From the IMG/VR virus record IMGVR_UViG_3300024232_000020, positions 1 through 47,023 of that record: a stretch of 47,023 nt of DNA; one strand, 5' to 3'. The first letter of the stretch is position 1. The number at the start of each line of letters is the position of its first letter. The DNA comes from a virus (Duplodnaviria > Caudoviricetes). Positions 1 to 8,243 of this stretch are shown piece by piece. The translations under genes and the position numbers were made by a program. Under the pieces are notes generated by a model. That model was not told the origin of the DNA. It saw nothing but the letters and a program-made list of their open reading frames with translations, and did no database searches.

Positions 1-126
1 ATTCCCAGATGGTGTGATGTGTTCTACGGCTACGGCGACGGCTCCGGCGACGGCGACGGCGACGGCGACGGCTACGGCTCCGGCTACGGCTACGGCGACG
101 GCTCCGGCTACGGCTACGGCTCCGGC
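1..126. repeat. Terminal direct repeat (circular assembly overlap), left copy
   Basis: 1-126 is identical to 46890-47015; the last 8 nt of the window (47016-47023) differ from 127-134. Confidence 0.95.
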
Positions 127-714
127 TCCGGCTACGGCTACGGCGACGGCGCCGGCTCCGGCTACGGCTACGGCTACGGCTACGGCTACGGCTACGGCTA
201 CGGCTACGGCTCCGGCGACGGCGACGGCTCCGGCGACGGCGACGGCTACGGCTCCGGCTACGGCGACGGCTACGGCTCCGGCTACGGCTCCGGCTACGGC
301 TCCGGCTCCGGCGACGGCGACGGCGACGGCTACGGCTCCGGCGACGGCTATTGGTTATCCGTCCTTGCGGACGCGATAACCAAATGGACACAGGAACAGA
401 AAGCGCGCTGGTTGGAACTAATCTTATCCGATTCATTCTTAGCCTTCTGGAAATCCAGCGGAGACGGGCTTCCATCAAACGGAGGATCAGCAAAAGAAAA
501 AGCCAAATCTGGCTTGATCCAAGAGATAAACGGTCCTCTTAAGCTATGTGGACCCAAGGCCTTACACGCCACACTTGCGCCAGAAAAATGGCAGGGTGAA
601 CGCCTTTGGGTTGTAGCTCTCCATGGAGAAGTTCAGCACCAATCGGACAAGTGCGGAGCCCTCAAGCGTGAGATAATCGGCGAAGTTTTTATGGGCCAAA
701 AAGAAAAGTCTTGA
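1..714 (+). CDS. Gly-X (GYG/GDG/GSG) repeat protein with C-terminal globular domain; true start is probably GTG at 46869 across the circular junction
   Basis: The frame stays open through the junction (MAVIWGSIPRWCDVFYGYGDG...) with GGAG upstream of GTG 46869. The C-terminal LC..ALHA...W.V...GEV....DK motif resembles repeat-associated phage domains (DUF7666-like). Confidence 0.8.
   Translation: MPRWCDVFYGYGDGSGDGDGDGDGYGSGYGYGDGSGYGYGSGSGYGYGDGAGSGYGYGYGYGYGYGYGYGSGDGDGSGDGDGYGSGYGDGYGSGYGSGYGSGSGDGDGDGYGSGDGYWLSVLADAITKWTQEQKARWLELILSDSFLAFWKSSGDGLPSNGGSAKEKAKSGLIQEINGPLKLCGPKALHATLAPEKWQGERLWVVALHGEVQHQSDKCGALKREIIGEVFMGQKEKS
25..348 (+). repeat. Tandem hexamer array (TAC/GAC/TCC/GCC)GGC, 54 units
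   Basis: Read directly; every Gly in the array is GGC. Confidence 0.95.
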
Positions 715-836
715 TCCGTACCCGAATAGGGCGTAAGATTGAGCAGTTTTTGCTGTACAATAATAGGTGACGGCCTGATCTCCGTCATTGGATTCCTGGA
801 AGCCGTTGGTGACTCGACCCGCCAGCGGCAACCGGG

Positions 837-1292
837 ATGAAAGAAAGGTCGAGAACATTGAAACCTCGCTCCGCATCGCGGACCCCTCGCACAGATTCAA
901 AGATTGACCGCTTACTCTCCTGGCTCCGTTCCTTCGGTAGCCGCATCTTCCTAAAGCTCCAAACTATGGCCGATCACTTCGATTGCAGCGTGATCACGAT
1001 CCGCCGTCTGCTGGCCGAAGCCAAGAGGCAAATGCGCATTGATTGGGATCGCCGAGGTCCTACTTCGTGCCTTTACCGTCTACTATTTAGGCCGATGGAA
1101 CACTCATTGGAACACTCATTGGAACACTCAAGCCAGCGTGGTCCTTATATGAGTTCTGAAGAGCGTATGAAGAGGAAGGCAAGCCCCCCAGAGAAAAAAC
1201 CGCCCGAAAAAGAGTACAACCCCCGGCTTGCGATCAAGCTGTACGAGCAGGGTATGCCCTGGGACATGGCAAAGGCGGCAGCTTATGATTGA
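837..1292 (+). CDS. HTH-domain replication initiator-like protein
   Basis: LQTMADHFDCSVITIRRLLAEAKRQMRI looks like a winged HTH; internal direct repeats; followed by a helicase-loader-like gene. Confidence 0.6.
   Translation: MKERSRTLKPRSASRTPRTDSKIDRLLSWLRSFGSRIFLKLQTMADHFDCSVITIRRLLAEAKRQMRIDWDRRGPTSCLYRLLFRPMEHSLEHSLEHSSQRGPYMSSEERMKRKASPPEKKPPEKEYNPRLAIKLYEQGMPWDMAKAAAYD
1096..1130 (+). repeat. 3 x 12-bp direct repeat TGGAACACTCAT (candidate origin iterons)
   Basis: Copies at 1096, 1108 and 1120, inside the putative initiator gene. Confidence 0.8.
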
Positions 1293-1779
1293 TAAACCCA
1301 CCGCGAAGGCCCTCGCCACGCGATTCTCGGGTCTAAAATGGTATCCTCGCGAGGCACCCGAGGCTCTGGCAGAGATTTGCCGCATCTTACAGACGGCGGA
1401 AAGTGAGATTGTTGCCACCTACGTCGTTAATGGCTGGATCGACGATCACGACGAGTGTCCCACGCCTGCACAGCTTCGCAAGATGATCGTAGCGGCAAAC
1501 AACAAGCGGCAAAAGGAAGTTTCACACTGCTCCATCTGTGACGGAACAGGCCAACAGGTCGTGTGGATACTAGTCACATACAACGGGCGCAGTCTGACGG
1601 TAAAGAAGCAGGAGATTCTCAAGGACTTCAATGACGAGAAGGCGAAAGAGTTCGGCAAGTCGCTGCGCTGGGAAGACGGCACAGACGGCCCGTTCATGGG
1701 AGACAATCAGCAGATCGTAACCGGAGCTCGACTATGCGCCTGCAAGAAGGGATTGGTGCAGCAGTATGACGAGGACTGA
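1285..1779 (+). CDS. Putative helicase loader/inhibitor-like protein with CxxC motif
   Basis: W....ECPTPAQLR resembles the G39P/loader-type P(T/S)PA(E/Q)L motif; CSICDGTG; directly follows the initiator. Confidence 0.5.
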   Translation: MIDKPTAKALATRFSGLKWYPREAPEALAEICRILQTAESEIVATYVVNGWIDDHDECPTPAQLRKMIVAANNKRQKEVSHCSICDGTGQQVVWILVTYNGRSLTVKKQEILKDFNDEKAKEFGKSLRWEDGTDGPFMGDNQQIVTGARLCACKKGLVQQYDED

Positions 1780-1969
1780 ACGGGAATTGCAGCGGATCGA
1801 GAATCGCAAAAGTCTAGCACGAACGCTCGGTCTGGAAATTAAACAGGACGAGCCCATCGAGATACGCGCAACGGCAAAGCGGACACCGGAGCAGCATCAG
1901 CGAGAGGTTGACGAACTAGCCGCCGTTTTACGGAAGCAGTGGCCGACATGTTCTGAAAAGTTGATGTAA
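1766..1969 (+). CDS. hypothetical protein
   Basis: ORF overlaps the upstream stop, operon-like packing. Confidence 0.55.
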   Translation: MTRTERELQRIENRKSLARTLGLEIKQDEPIEIRATAKRTPEQHQREVDELAAVLRKQWPTCSEKLM

Positions 1970-2009
1970 TGCGGCGGATTCATGATGAGGACTGGATAAG
2001 GAGGGGCTC

Positions 2010-2144
2010 ATGACTTGGTGCGGTTGTCCAAAATGCGGCGGTGAACCAAGGGTTATCCGAGAAACTTTCGAGGGGTGCATCATGTCCTGCACGAATTGCG
2101 ATTGGTTTGGCTGGTTCTCGGAATGTTGGAAAGAGGACGAATAA
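2010..2144 (+). CDS. small zinc-ribbon protein (44 aa, not in ORF track)
   Basis: AAGGAGG RBS; MTWCGCPKCGGEP...CTNCDWFG; TAATG coupling to the next gene. Confidence 0.7.
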   Translation: MTWCGCPKCGGEPRVIRETFEGCIMSCTNCDWFGWFSECWKEDE

Positions 2145-2341
2145 TGGCCAGCAGACAGCATAACTTCCCGCCTCCAGATGCGCCAGACTGCACGCTTTGC
2201 CGTGACGAAGGTTTTAACAACCACACCGGGCAATGGGCGTTCTGCTTATGCCCAGCAGGGCAGGCGGCAAAGAAGAAAGACCCATCGGCTTGCGATGATA
2301 TGAACTTTTCTCTGAAGAAAATGGAGGACCATACGAAGTGA
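2144..2341 (+). CDS. small Cys-rich protein
   Basis: CTLC...CLC; coupled start and stop. Confidence 0.6.
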   Translation: MASRQHNFPPPDAPDCTLCRDEGFNNHTGQWAFCLCPAGQAAKKKDPSACDDMNFSLKKMEDHTK

Positions 2342-2571
2342 CGCCAGACGAAGAATTGCTCAAGCGCGTGTTGGACAATGCTGCCGCTAGGCGCAAGGAG
2401 TCTCACCGTGGCGGCCGGCCACCACAACCAAAAAGGCCAGAGCAAGAGGAGCTGTGGGAGATTCGCAGGAGAATTTACCTGATCGAAAGCGGGAAGGTAG
2501 AGGGCGGCGAGTACGAACTAATTTCTTTGGCACAGCGCGAACATAATTTGCTTGCAAGTTCGTCGCGCTAG
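2338..2571 (+). CDS. hypothetical protein with GGRP (AT-hook-like) motif
   Basis: GGAGG RBS, GTGA overlap. Confidence 0.6.
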   Translation: MTPDEELLKRVLDNAAARRKESHRGGRPPQPKRPEQEELWEIRRRIYLIESGKVEGGEYELISLAQREHNLLASSSR

Positions 2572-2580
2572 AGGTATAAT
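2552..2580 (+). promoter_or_regulatory. sigma70-type promoter TTGCAA-17-TATAAT
   Basis: Near-consensus hexamers; ATG follows at 2590 with no RBS. Confidence 0.8.
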
Positions 2581-2589
2581 GTTTCTTAC

Positions 2590-2763
2590 ATGAAACTGAG
2601 CGAGGTTCTGAGAGAGTGGCGCTGGGCTAAGAAGATCAACATTCGCACCGCGGCTAAGGATTTTGGCATATCGGCGGCGACTCTTTCTAGGATCGAGCGC
2701 GGGAACGATGTTGAAGGGAACGTTCTGGCCAAGATATTGCGATGGCTTTTGGAGGCGAAGTGA
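2590..2763 (+). CDS. XRE/Cro-family HTH regulator (57 aa, not in ORF track)
   Basis: MKLSEVLREWRWAKKINIRTAAKDFGISAATLSRIERGNDVEG... is a typical HTH_3 pattern. Confidence 0.85.
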   Translation: MKLSEVLREWRWAKKINIRTAAKDFGISAATLSRIERGNDVEGNVLAKILRWLLEAK

Positions 2764-3179
2764 TGGCGGAACAAGTGGGAATGACGGACGAACTGCGGGC
2801 GGCGGCGATTGAGTTGGAGCCGGTTCCTGAATTGCCTAACCATTACTGTCACCTGCAAAGTTCGCCAAAGGGATTCTGGACATTAGGCCCAGTGAAGCAC
2901 GGCGGCATGGCGTGGTATGTAAACGAAGCCGCCGTAAAACTTGCATTATTCCCCCGCCTCCGCTCCGAGAACGCGAAGCAGGCGGCGTCGAACAAGGGAC
3001 TGCGGTTGCGTATTCATATGCTCGAAAAGCATAACCAGCACTTTGAGCGATGCGAGAGCGGCTGGTGCAATCCTTCAGAACAAGGCAGGCCGGGAGATGA
3101 CCCAGCAACCGAAATATGGGCCGGATATAGCGCGGAGCCCTCCGAAGAGTGCGCGGCCCCGGCTGCGAGGATCGAATAG
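2763..3179 (+). CDS. hypothetical protein
   Basis: GGAGG RBS; TGATG coupling. Confidence 0.6.
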   Translation: MAEQVGMTDELRAAAIELEPVPELPNHYCHLQSSPKGFWTLGPVKHGGMAWYVNEAAVKLALFPRLRSENAKQAASNKGLRLRIHMLEKHNQHFERCESGWCNPSEQGRPGDDPATEIWAGYSAEPSEECAAPAARIE

Positions 3180-3260
3180 CGAAATGAGCGCGATATTTTG
3201 GCCTCGGGCGGTATTGGTTTGCAAGGCGGCGAAGGTGGCTAGACAGGGGAGGGTGTAGCG

Positions 3261-3542
3261 ATGAAATGGCTGAAGCGGTTATTTACTCCTAGCCAATCCA
3301 AGATTTCTATGGTGTTCGGTTCCGTTAAGACGCACACGCAGGAGCCTTGGGTAAAGCTATCTCCTGAAACTGAATGGGCCTCTACGCTTGCGATCTATGA
3401 CGATGTCGATTTTGCTATGAGCCTAGGTGCAATGTATGTCGTACTGGACTATCTGGAGAACGAAGAGGGGCGCATAGAGTCGCAGTATCGAGAGATTGAT
3501 GGACGGCAACGGCGGTATGTCCGCGTCAAGGCTACGAAGTGA
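3261..3542 (+). CDS. hypothetical protein
   Basis: GGAGGG RBS; GTGA coupling to the next gene. Confidence 0.65.
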   Translation: MKWLKRLFTPSQSKISMVFGSVKTHTQEPWVKLSPETEWASTLAIYDDVDFAMSLGAMYVVLDYLENEEGRIESQYREIDGRQRRYVRVKATK

Positions 3543-4111
3543 AGATCCTGCTAATCGCACTGTCTCTATTGAGCGTTGCGAGATGCCAAGTTTTAGTGCG
3601 CGTGGACCTAAGTCCGTCCAAAGCGTCTGCCCCTATAGTCGGGCGGGGAGTCTCCTCGTACGAGTGGGATTTATTAATCTGTCCGGCTGGGCCGCTTCCT
3701 GTTCAGTGGGACGAAGTGCGCTTGGAGTTTCCCGAGATACGGTTCTACTCACGCATCAAGCAAGACGCTGTTTTGGCAGAGCGCATCGCGGAAACTCCAA
3801 CCGCTCGGTTTGTAAAGTGGGGCGGAAGATTTACGGAGTTCGCCGGCGTCGGCGTGCAGATCGAGACGGCGTTGAAGAAGTCCCCCGCTCAGTGGGGGAA
3901 CGGAATGACGGCGATCGGGCTAGGGATGCAGTTGGGTGTTGCGTGGGCCAAGAAGGATGTGCCGCAGTATGCGATCAGCAACCCAGTGCCGGATGTGCTG
4001 GACTTGAAGAAGTGCGCGGACTTTACCAATCTTGCGGCTTTCGGCAAGGCGGCGGTGAGCATCGGGCCGAGGTTGGTAAGACCCATCCAGAGTGGAGTTA
4101 CTGGGAAATGA
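3539..4111 (+). CDS. exported/membrane protein with N-terminal signal peptide
   Basis: MKILLIALSLLSVARC N-terminus. Confidence 0.6.
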   Translation: MKILLIALSLLSVARCQVLVRVDLSPSKASAPIVGRGVSSYEWDLLICPAGPLPVQWDEVRLEFPEIRFYSRIKQDAVLAERIAETPTARFVKWGGRFTEFAGVGVQIETALKKSPAQWGNGMTAIGLGMQLGVAWAKKDVPQYAISNPVPDVLDLKKCADFTNLAAFGKAAVSIGPRLVRPIQSGVTGK

Positions 4112-4293
4112 GCGACAATTTAAAGCTGTGCCCCTTCTGTGGAGACTCTCCTATTATTAGCCTAATTCCCAATGGTTGGGTGGTGATCTGTCAAGGATGC
4201 GGAGGGGAAGGCCCTAAACGCAGCGAAAGGAAGAGGGCCGCTGCTGAATGGAATAAGCGATCGGCTATCGAGGCCGACAAAGGAGCAAAATAA
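4108..4293 (+). CDS. Lar-family restriction alleviation protein
   Basis: LKLCPFCG...VICQGCG..GP......A..EWNKR is the Lar_restr_allev pattern. Confidence 0.75.
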   Translation: MSDNLKLCPFCGDSPIISLIPNGWVVICQGCGGEGPKRSERKRAAAEWNKRSAIEADKGAK

Positions 4294-4457
4294 TGGCATT
4301 CTGTATACCAAACGTACAGCAGATCAAGGCCATGGCGGACGATGAACTGCAAAAGTTTCTCGACTCACTGAAGGCCGACGAAATGACGGCGCTGGATTAC
4401 ATCAAGGCGCTGCTCGAATCAAAGAAGGTAGTGATTACTTTGGAGCCAAAGCAATGA
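4293..4457 (+). CDS. hypothetical protein (54 aa, not in ORF track)
   Basis: AAGGAG RBS; TAATG and ATGA couplings. Confidence 0.65.
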   Translation: MAFCIPNVQQIKAMADDELQKFLDSLKADEMTALDYIKALLESKKVVITLEPKQ

Positions 4458-4852
4458 TGAAACTGAGTGAGGCTATTCGGCTGGGCGCGATGCTCAGGCC
4501 GCAGGGATTTCATAATTATTTCTATCACGATGGTTCCGGTTCTTGTGCTCTGGGGTCCGCTGCTGAAGCTGCTGGCCTGTTCAATGCGGATAACTTTGAA
4601 GAGCATGTAAATAAAAGCCAAACGCTAACATCGGCATTCCCATTGTTACCCCAATTTGTCCCCCATCCCCACTCTGCCTTTAGAGGACGAAGGATGTCGC
4701 TAGATACTATTGTTCCGTGTCTTAACGACAATGGCTGGACCCGCGAACGCATCGCAGACTGGGTGCAGACCATCGAGGACTCCCTTCCACAGACTCCCGA
4801 ACGAGCAGAGCCCGTCCAAGACGCAACGCTGACGGAGGCCGAGACGAAATGA
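4454..4852 (+). CDS. conserved phage hypothetical protein
   Basis: KLSEAIRLG...CALG...LND..WTRERIADW pattern is common in phages. Confidence 0.65.
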   Translation: MMKLSEAIRLGAMLRPQGFHNYFYHDGSGSCALGSAAEAAGLFNADNFEEHVNKSQTLTSAFPLLPQFVPHPHSAFRGRRMSLDTIVPCLNDNGWTRERIADWVQTIEDSLPQTPERAEPVQDATLTEAETK

Positions 4853-5055
4853 AAGGCGTATGTGGTGCGTTGATTCAAAAGCCTGACGGCAGCATAGCGA
4901 CCTGCGACGGAAAACTAAAGGAGCGGTCGATATATGAACCGTTCACATTCAGCACTCCGATTGGACCCGGCTCAAGAGCAACAATATTTTCATATGTGGC
5001 GTGTGTTCGGTGCCGCAGGATGTACGAACCGGGAGTTGCGGAGGAGGATAGATGA
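4849..5055 (+). CDS. small Cys-containing protein
   Basis: ATGA couplings on both sides. Confidence 0.6.
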   Translation: MKGVCGALIQKPDGSIATCDGKLKERSIYEPFTFSTPIGPGSRATIFSYVACVRCRRMYEPGVAEEDR

Positions 5056-5357
5056 GCGATAAATCAGCCTCAGGCAGCATCCCGGATTCGCCCGAACCTG
5101 GGCAAGTTCGACAGCCGACCGAAGGTTGGGGAAAGCTTACCAACGCCAAACTGTGGCACTACTTCCAGCCGAACGGGCGCTCGTTATGCGGCAGGTGGCT
5201 ATCCTTGGGAGACCCAATTTGGGATACGTCCGACATCCCAGTAGAAAAGTGTGGCTCCGATAGCTGCAAGGGGTGCCACGCCAAACTTATCAAGCGTTCG
5301 GCTCCCGAGCCCTCCTCAGTCGGCACCGAAGCGCAGAACGAGGGCAATAAATCATGA
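5052..5357 (+). CDS. hypothetical protein (WHYF...SLCG.W...CxxC)
   Basis: GGAGG RBS; coupled. Confidence 0.6.
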   Translation: MSDKSASGSIPDSPEPGQVRQPTEGWGKLTNAKLWHYFQPNGRSLCGRWLSLGDPIWDTSDIPVEKCGSDSCKGCHAKLIKRSAPEPSSVGTEAQNEGNKS

Positions 5358-5596
5358 TCAAGTTCACGGCCACACGAGAAAACGGGAGAACGATGGTTGG
5401 GTTGGGGATCAGCGAGGGGAACGTTGAGCGACTTCGGCAGGGTAAGCCCATTCATTTGCATTTGGAGGAGTTGAACCTGCCGTACAAAATTGACCTGATG
5501 ATCATGTATGGTGAGACGGAGCAGGCGTTAGCCGATTCTTTGAAGGAGTTTATCGGGCCGCAGACGATCATTAATCGTGACAATAAGGAGCAATAA
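5354..5596 (+). CDS. hypothetical protein
   Basis: ATGA coupling. Confidence 0.65.
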   Translation: MIKFTATRENGRTMVGLGISEGNVERLRQGKPIHLHLEELNLPYKIDLMIMYGETEQALADSLKEFIGPQTIINRDNKEQ

Positions 5597-5598
5597 AC

Positions 5599-5895
5599 AT
5601 GCAAGAACAGAAATACAGCGAACTGGAAGACCGCGCATCGAGTTTTGGAGAGCGGGATCTTATCAAAAACTTGGAAGCGCGTGCGCGGGTTCATGCTGAA
5701 ATTGAAGCCATGCGATCCGAGGGAAAGGCTCTAACACTCACCGCTGAAGAGATTTCCATGCTGGAATCCTTCCGCCGATTCAAATTGCGAATGCGGAAAA
5801 ATGGCGAGGTTTTCACATGGCAGTCCGCGATGCCAGAGGGCGTGCAGATCGTGGAGGAAACGGCTCAGATAGTGCACCCAAACGAGGGCGCATGA
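5599..5895 (+). CDS. hypothetical protein
   Basis: AAGGAG RBS. Confidence 0.65.
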   Translation: MQEQKYSELEDRASSFGERDLIKNLEARARVHAEIEAMRSEGKALTLTAEEISMLESFRRFKLRMRKNGEVFTWQSAMPEGVQIVEETAQIVHPNEGA

Positions 5896-6062
5896 CCGAC
5901 ACAGAGTACGTAGAACAAGCCCGTCAAACCCCCATGGGGCATCCAAACGCAGCCCCAGAATGGCGGGGGCATGGCTGGATAACTGGAACTGCCGACATTG
6001 ACGCTCTGAATGGCCAAGCATGGCGCGAAGAAATTCAACCGACCGAAAAGGAGACTATCTAA
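5892..6062 (+). CDS. hypothetical protein
   Basis: ATGA coupling; fills the gap between neighbours. Confidence 0.5.
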   Translation: MTDTEYVEQARQTPMGHPNAAPEWRGHGWITGTADIDALNGQAWREEIQPTEKETI

Positions 6063-6064
6063 AA

Positions 6065-6760
6065 ATGAGCACCAACGGCCCGAACGCTTTGACCGATCAG
6101 ATTTACCGCGATTCTCTTGACCCGGCGCGACTCGCGCTCATCGTAGGAGATCCTGCTGGGCAGTTCCCCGGAATCCCCTATGCTTGGCTGACGAATCCCG
6201 GTTATAAGGGCTATTCGAAGGACTCGCAAGCGGCTGGCGACTCCATGTTGCGAAAGGCGCAGTTAACCGGACTGCCCATCGACTATCAGACGATGATCGA
6301 CGGCTGGTCCGCGCCGATGGTGATGCTGATCCGCGAGAACAACCATTACCCCTACGTCCCGCCGTATGGTGCGGCTAATATCAACATTGCTCCCGGCCTC
6401 TCATATCCGTTCGCCGAGTCGAATTACCCCGCCTCTATGCCCGCTGGCTGGATCAAGGTATCTACGGACGCCGCCGATTACCCAACATGGGCCTCGCAAC
6501 ATGTTCCGCCGCCGCCCGCTCCTGTCGTGTGGATGCCGGATTTTAGCGTCACATTAAGTTGGACCGATCAGCCGCACTTTGATCCGGCCGTGGGAACCAT
6601 CGTGACAGGCAAGACGATGTATTTCTTCGGCATCCGGCCGGGGCAGAGTCCGAACATCGGACAGACTTGCAAAGTAGGGGTGTCGAGCTTCACTTGCTCG
6701 TATTATCCGAATCCTGAGGCCATCGGCGGCCCGGTCAAGATGTGGCTGCTGACGGCGTAA
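6065..6760 (+). CDS. hypothetical Pro-rich protein
   Basis: AAGGAG RBS before ATG 6065; long ORF. Confidence 0.7.
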   Translation: MSTNGPNALTDQIYRDSLDPARLALIVGDPAGQFPGIPYAWLTNPGYKGYSKDSQAAGDSMLRKAQLTGLPIDYQTMIDGWSAPMVMLIRENNHYPYVPPYGAANINIAPGLSYPFAESNYPASMPAGWIKVSTDAADYPTWASQHVPPPPAPVVWMPDFSVTLSWTDQPHFDPAVGTIVTGKTMYFFGIRPGQSPNIGQTCKVGVSSFTCSYYPNPEAIGGPVKMWLLTA

Positions 6761-6778
6761 ATTTCAAAGGAGAAACAA

Positions 6779-7003
6779 ATGAACAAAGACAAGCTGATCA
6801 AGGCAAAAGCGGACTTGGACGAAGCCAATGGGCTAGCTCAGAGTGCTATAAATGGGCTATCTGGCGTGCTTCCCGCAGACGTTTATAAACCGTTCTATGA
6901 TGTACTGACATCGCTCCAGCCAGGGACAGCTGGGCCGGGGACAATCAACACGCTGTCGAGGAAGCTGCAAGAGCTGATCGACTCGACGCCGAATGGGGAG
7001 TAG
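6779..7003 (+). CDS. hypothetical protein
   Basis: AAGGAG RBS. Confidence 0.7.
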   Translation: MNKDKLIKAKADLDEANGLAQSAINGLSGVLPADVYKPFYDVLTSLQPGTAGPGTINTLSRKLQELIDSTPNGE

Positions 7004-7006
7004 TGG

Positions 7007-7354
7007 ATGTCTCCACAAAAAATAGCATATGTGTGCCACGAGGCGAACAAGGCCTATTGCGAAATGATCGGCGATTTAACCCAAAAGAGTTGGGATAATG
7101 CCGAAACATGGCAGCGCGAATCGGCAATCAAGGGCGTCGAGTTCGCCATTGCTAATCCCGATGCGCCTGCATCCGCACAGCATGACGCTTGGCTGAAGGA
7201 TAAGGAAGCGGATGGCTGGGTCTATGGAGATGTGAAGGACCCAGCAAAGAAGCAGCATCCATGTATGGTGTCTTATGACAACCTGCCCGTCGAGCAACGC
7301 CTCAAGGACAGTCTGTTCAAGGCTGTCGTCAAGGGCTTAACGGCGGTAGAATAA
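7007..7354 (+). CDS. RyR-domain protein
   Basis: HDAWLKDKEADGWVYG..KD..KK.HPCMVSYDNLP.EQRLKD matches the ryanodine-receptor repeat pattern. Confidence 0.85.
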   Translation: MSPQKIAYVCHEANKAYCEMIGDLTQKSWDNAETWQRESAIKGVEFAIANPDAPASAQHDAWLKDKEADGWVYGDVKDPAKKQHPCMVSYDNLPVEQRLKDSLFKAVVKGLTAVE

Positions 7355-7358
7355 CCCC

Positions 7359-7487
7359 ATGCGAACCATCCTCTTCACCCTTCTCGCGACGATGCTGCTC
7401 GCCGCGCCGATCCACTCCCAGCGGGACATCAACCCCTGCGGTAACAACTGGCCTTCGGTTTCGCCGTGTCCGGGGAGCGGGCAGTAG
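7359..7487 (+). CDS. small secreted peptide (42 aa, not in ORF track)
   Basis: MRTILFTLLATMLLAAPIHS signal-like segment followed by QRDINPCGNNWPSVSPCPGSGQ; TAGAAT ends 6 nt before the ATG. Confidence 0.55.
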   Translation: MRTILFTLLATMLLAAPIHSQRDINPCGNNWPSVSPCPGSGQ

Positions 7488-7493
7488 CCGAAA

Positions 7494-8231
7494 ATGGACC
7501 ACGTAGCGGTTGGAGCTACTAAGACGCAGGTAAACGGGAGTACGGCACGTGACGGAAACCGGAAGTACGGCGAGAGCCATGGTTCGATCCCATGGTGGTC
7601 CAGTTTTGCATTTATTGCGCTCTCACTATCCTGTGGGTGGGCGCAGGTCCCCAACATCACGATTGCGGCCGGCAGTCCAACAGATCAGTACTTTTCAGGC
7701 GGAATTGGCGCATGGGCTGTCCCACTGCCAGCGCCGTTGTCGTTCCTGCGATATTCTCAACCCACTGACCCAAAATGTCCGAGCTGCATTCGCTATGACA
7801 TTCCCCTGCCGCGTGGCGTTTATGCGATCGACATAACGCTAGTCGAGCCAAACAAGACCGCGGCAGGCCAGCGAATCATGAACATCACAGCGAACGGGCA
7901 AACCACAGCCAACATCGACGTATTCGCAGCGACAGGCGGAATTAACGTGCCGTACAACGTTCCGCTAATGGCGCTGGTGGGCGCGGGCTTCCTGCATCTA
8001 CAGTTCAATGCCGTCGTCGGAAACGCAATCGTGAGCAAGATAGCGGTGGCGCCATACCCGCCAGTGATCGTAACATCCTGGGAGACGTGCTCGGGTGCGC
8101 CGATCGGTTCTGACTGCTCGGGGATTGAGCGGATCACGATTCAAAAGGCCGATGGTAGTACAGTAGTACGACTGGCAGAGGACGTCACAATAACTGCGCA
8201 AAATGTAATTTGGAAACCAGTCACTCCGTGA
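7494..8231 (+). CDS. malectin-domain protein, probably exported
   Basis: Y.IPLPRG.Y.I.ITLVEP.....GQRIMNI..NG......IDVFA..GG...G.L.LQF....GNA.VS.I is the malectin signature; hydrophobic segment precedes it. Confidence 0.75.
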   Translation: MDHVAVGATKTQVNGSTARDGNRKYGESHGSIPWWSSFAFIALSLSCGWAQVPNITIAAGSPTDQYFSGGIGAWAVPLPAPLSFLRYSQPTDPKCPSCIRYDIPLPRGVYAIDITLVEPNKTAAGQRIMNITANGQTTANIDVFAATGGINVPYNVPLMALVGAGFLHLQFNAVVGNAIVSKIAVAPYPPVIVTSWETCSGAPIGSDCSGIERITIQKADGSTVVRLAEDVTITAQNVIWKPVTP

Positions 8232-8243
8232 TAGAATTGCGCT

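Noticed and set aside
25-348. Possible CRISPR array or DGR variable repeat
   Set aside because: No spacers; no cas or reverse transcriptase gene; no TR/VR pair differing at adenines seen
14-379. ORF encoding (AT/AP)n repeat protein
   Set aside because: Alternative frame of the hexamer array; only the Gly-X frame continues into a globular domain and has an RBS-linked start
715-836. tRNA or known riboswitch in the intergenic region
   Set aside because: No cloverleaf, T-loop or recognisable aptamer consensus; reported only as a structured leader
3496-4107. 265-aa ORF 3496-4293 as one protein
   Set aside because: It overlaps the better 3539-4111 gene; only the C-terminal Lar-like part from ATG 4108 looks real
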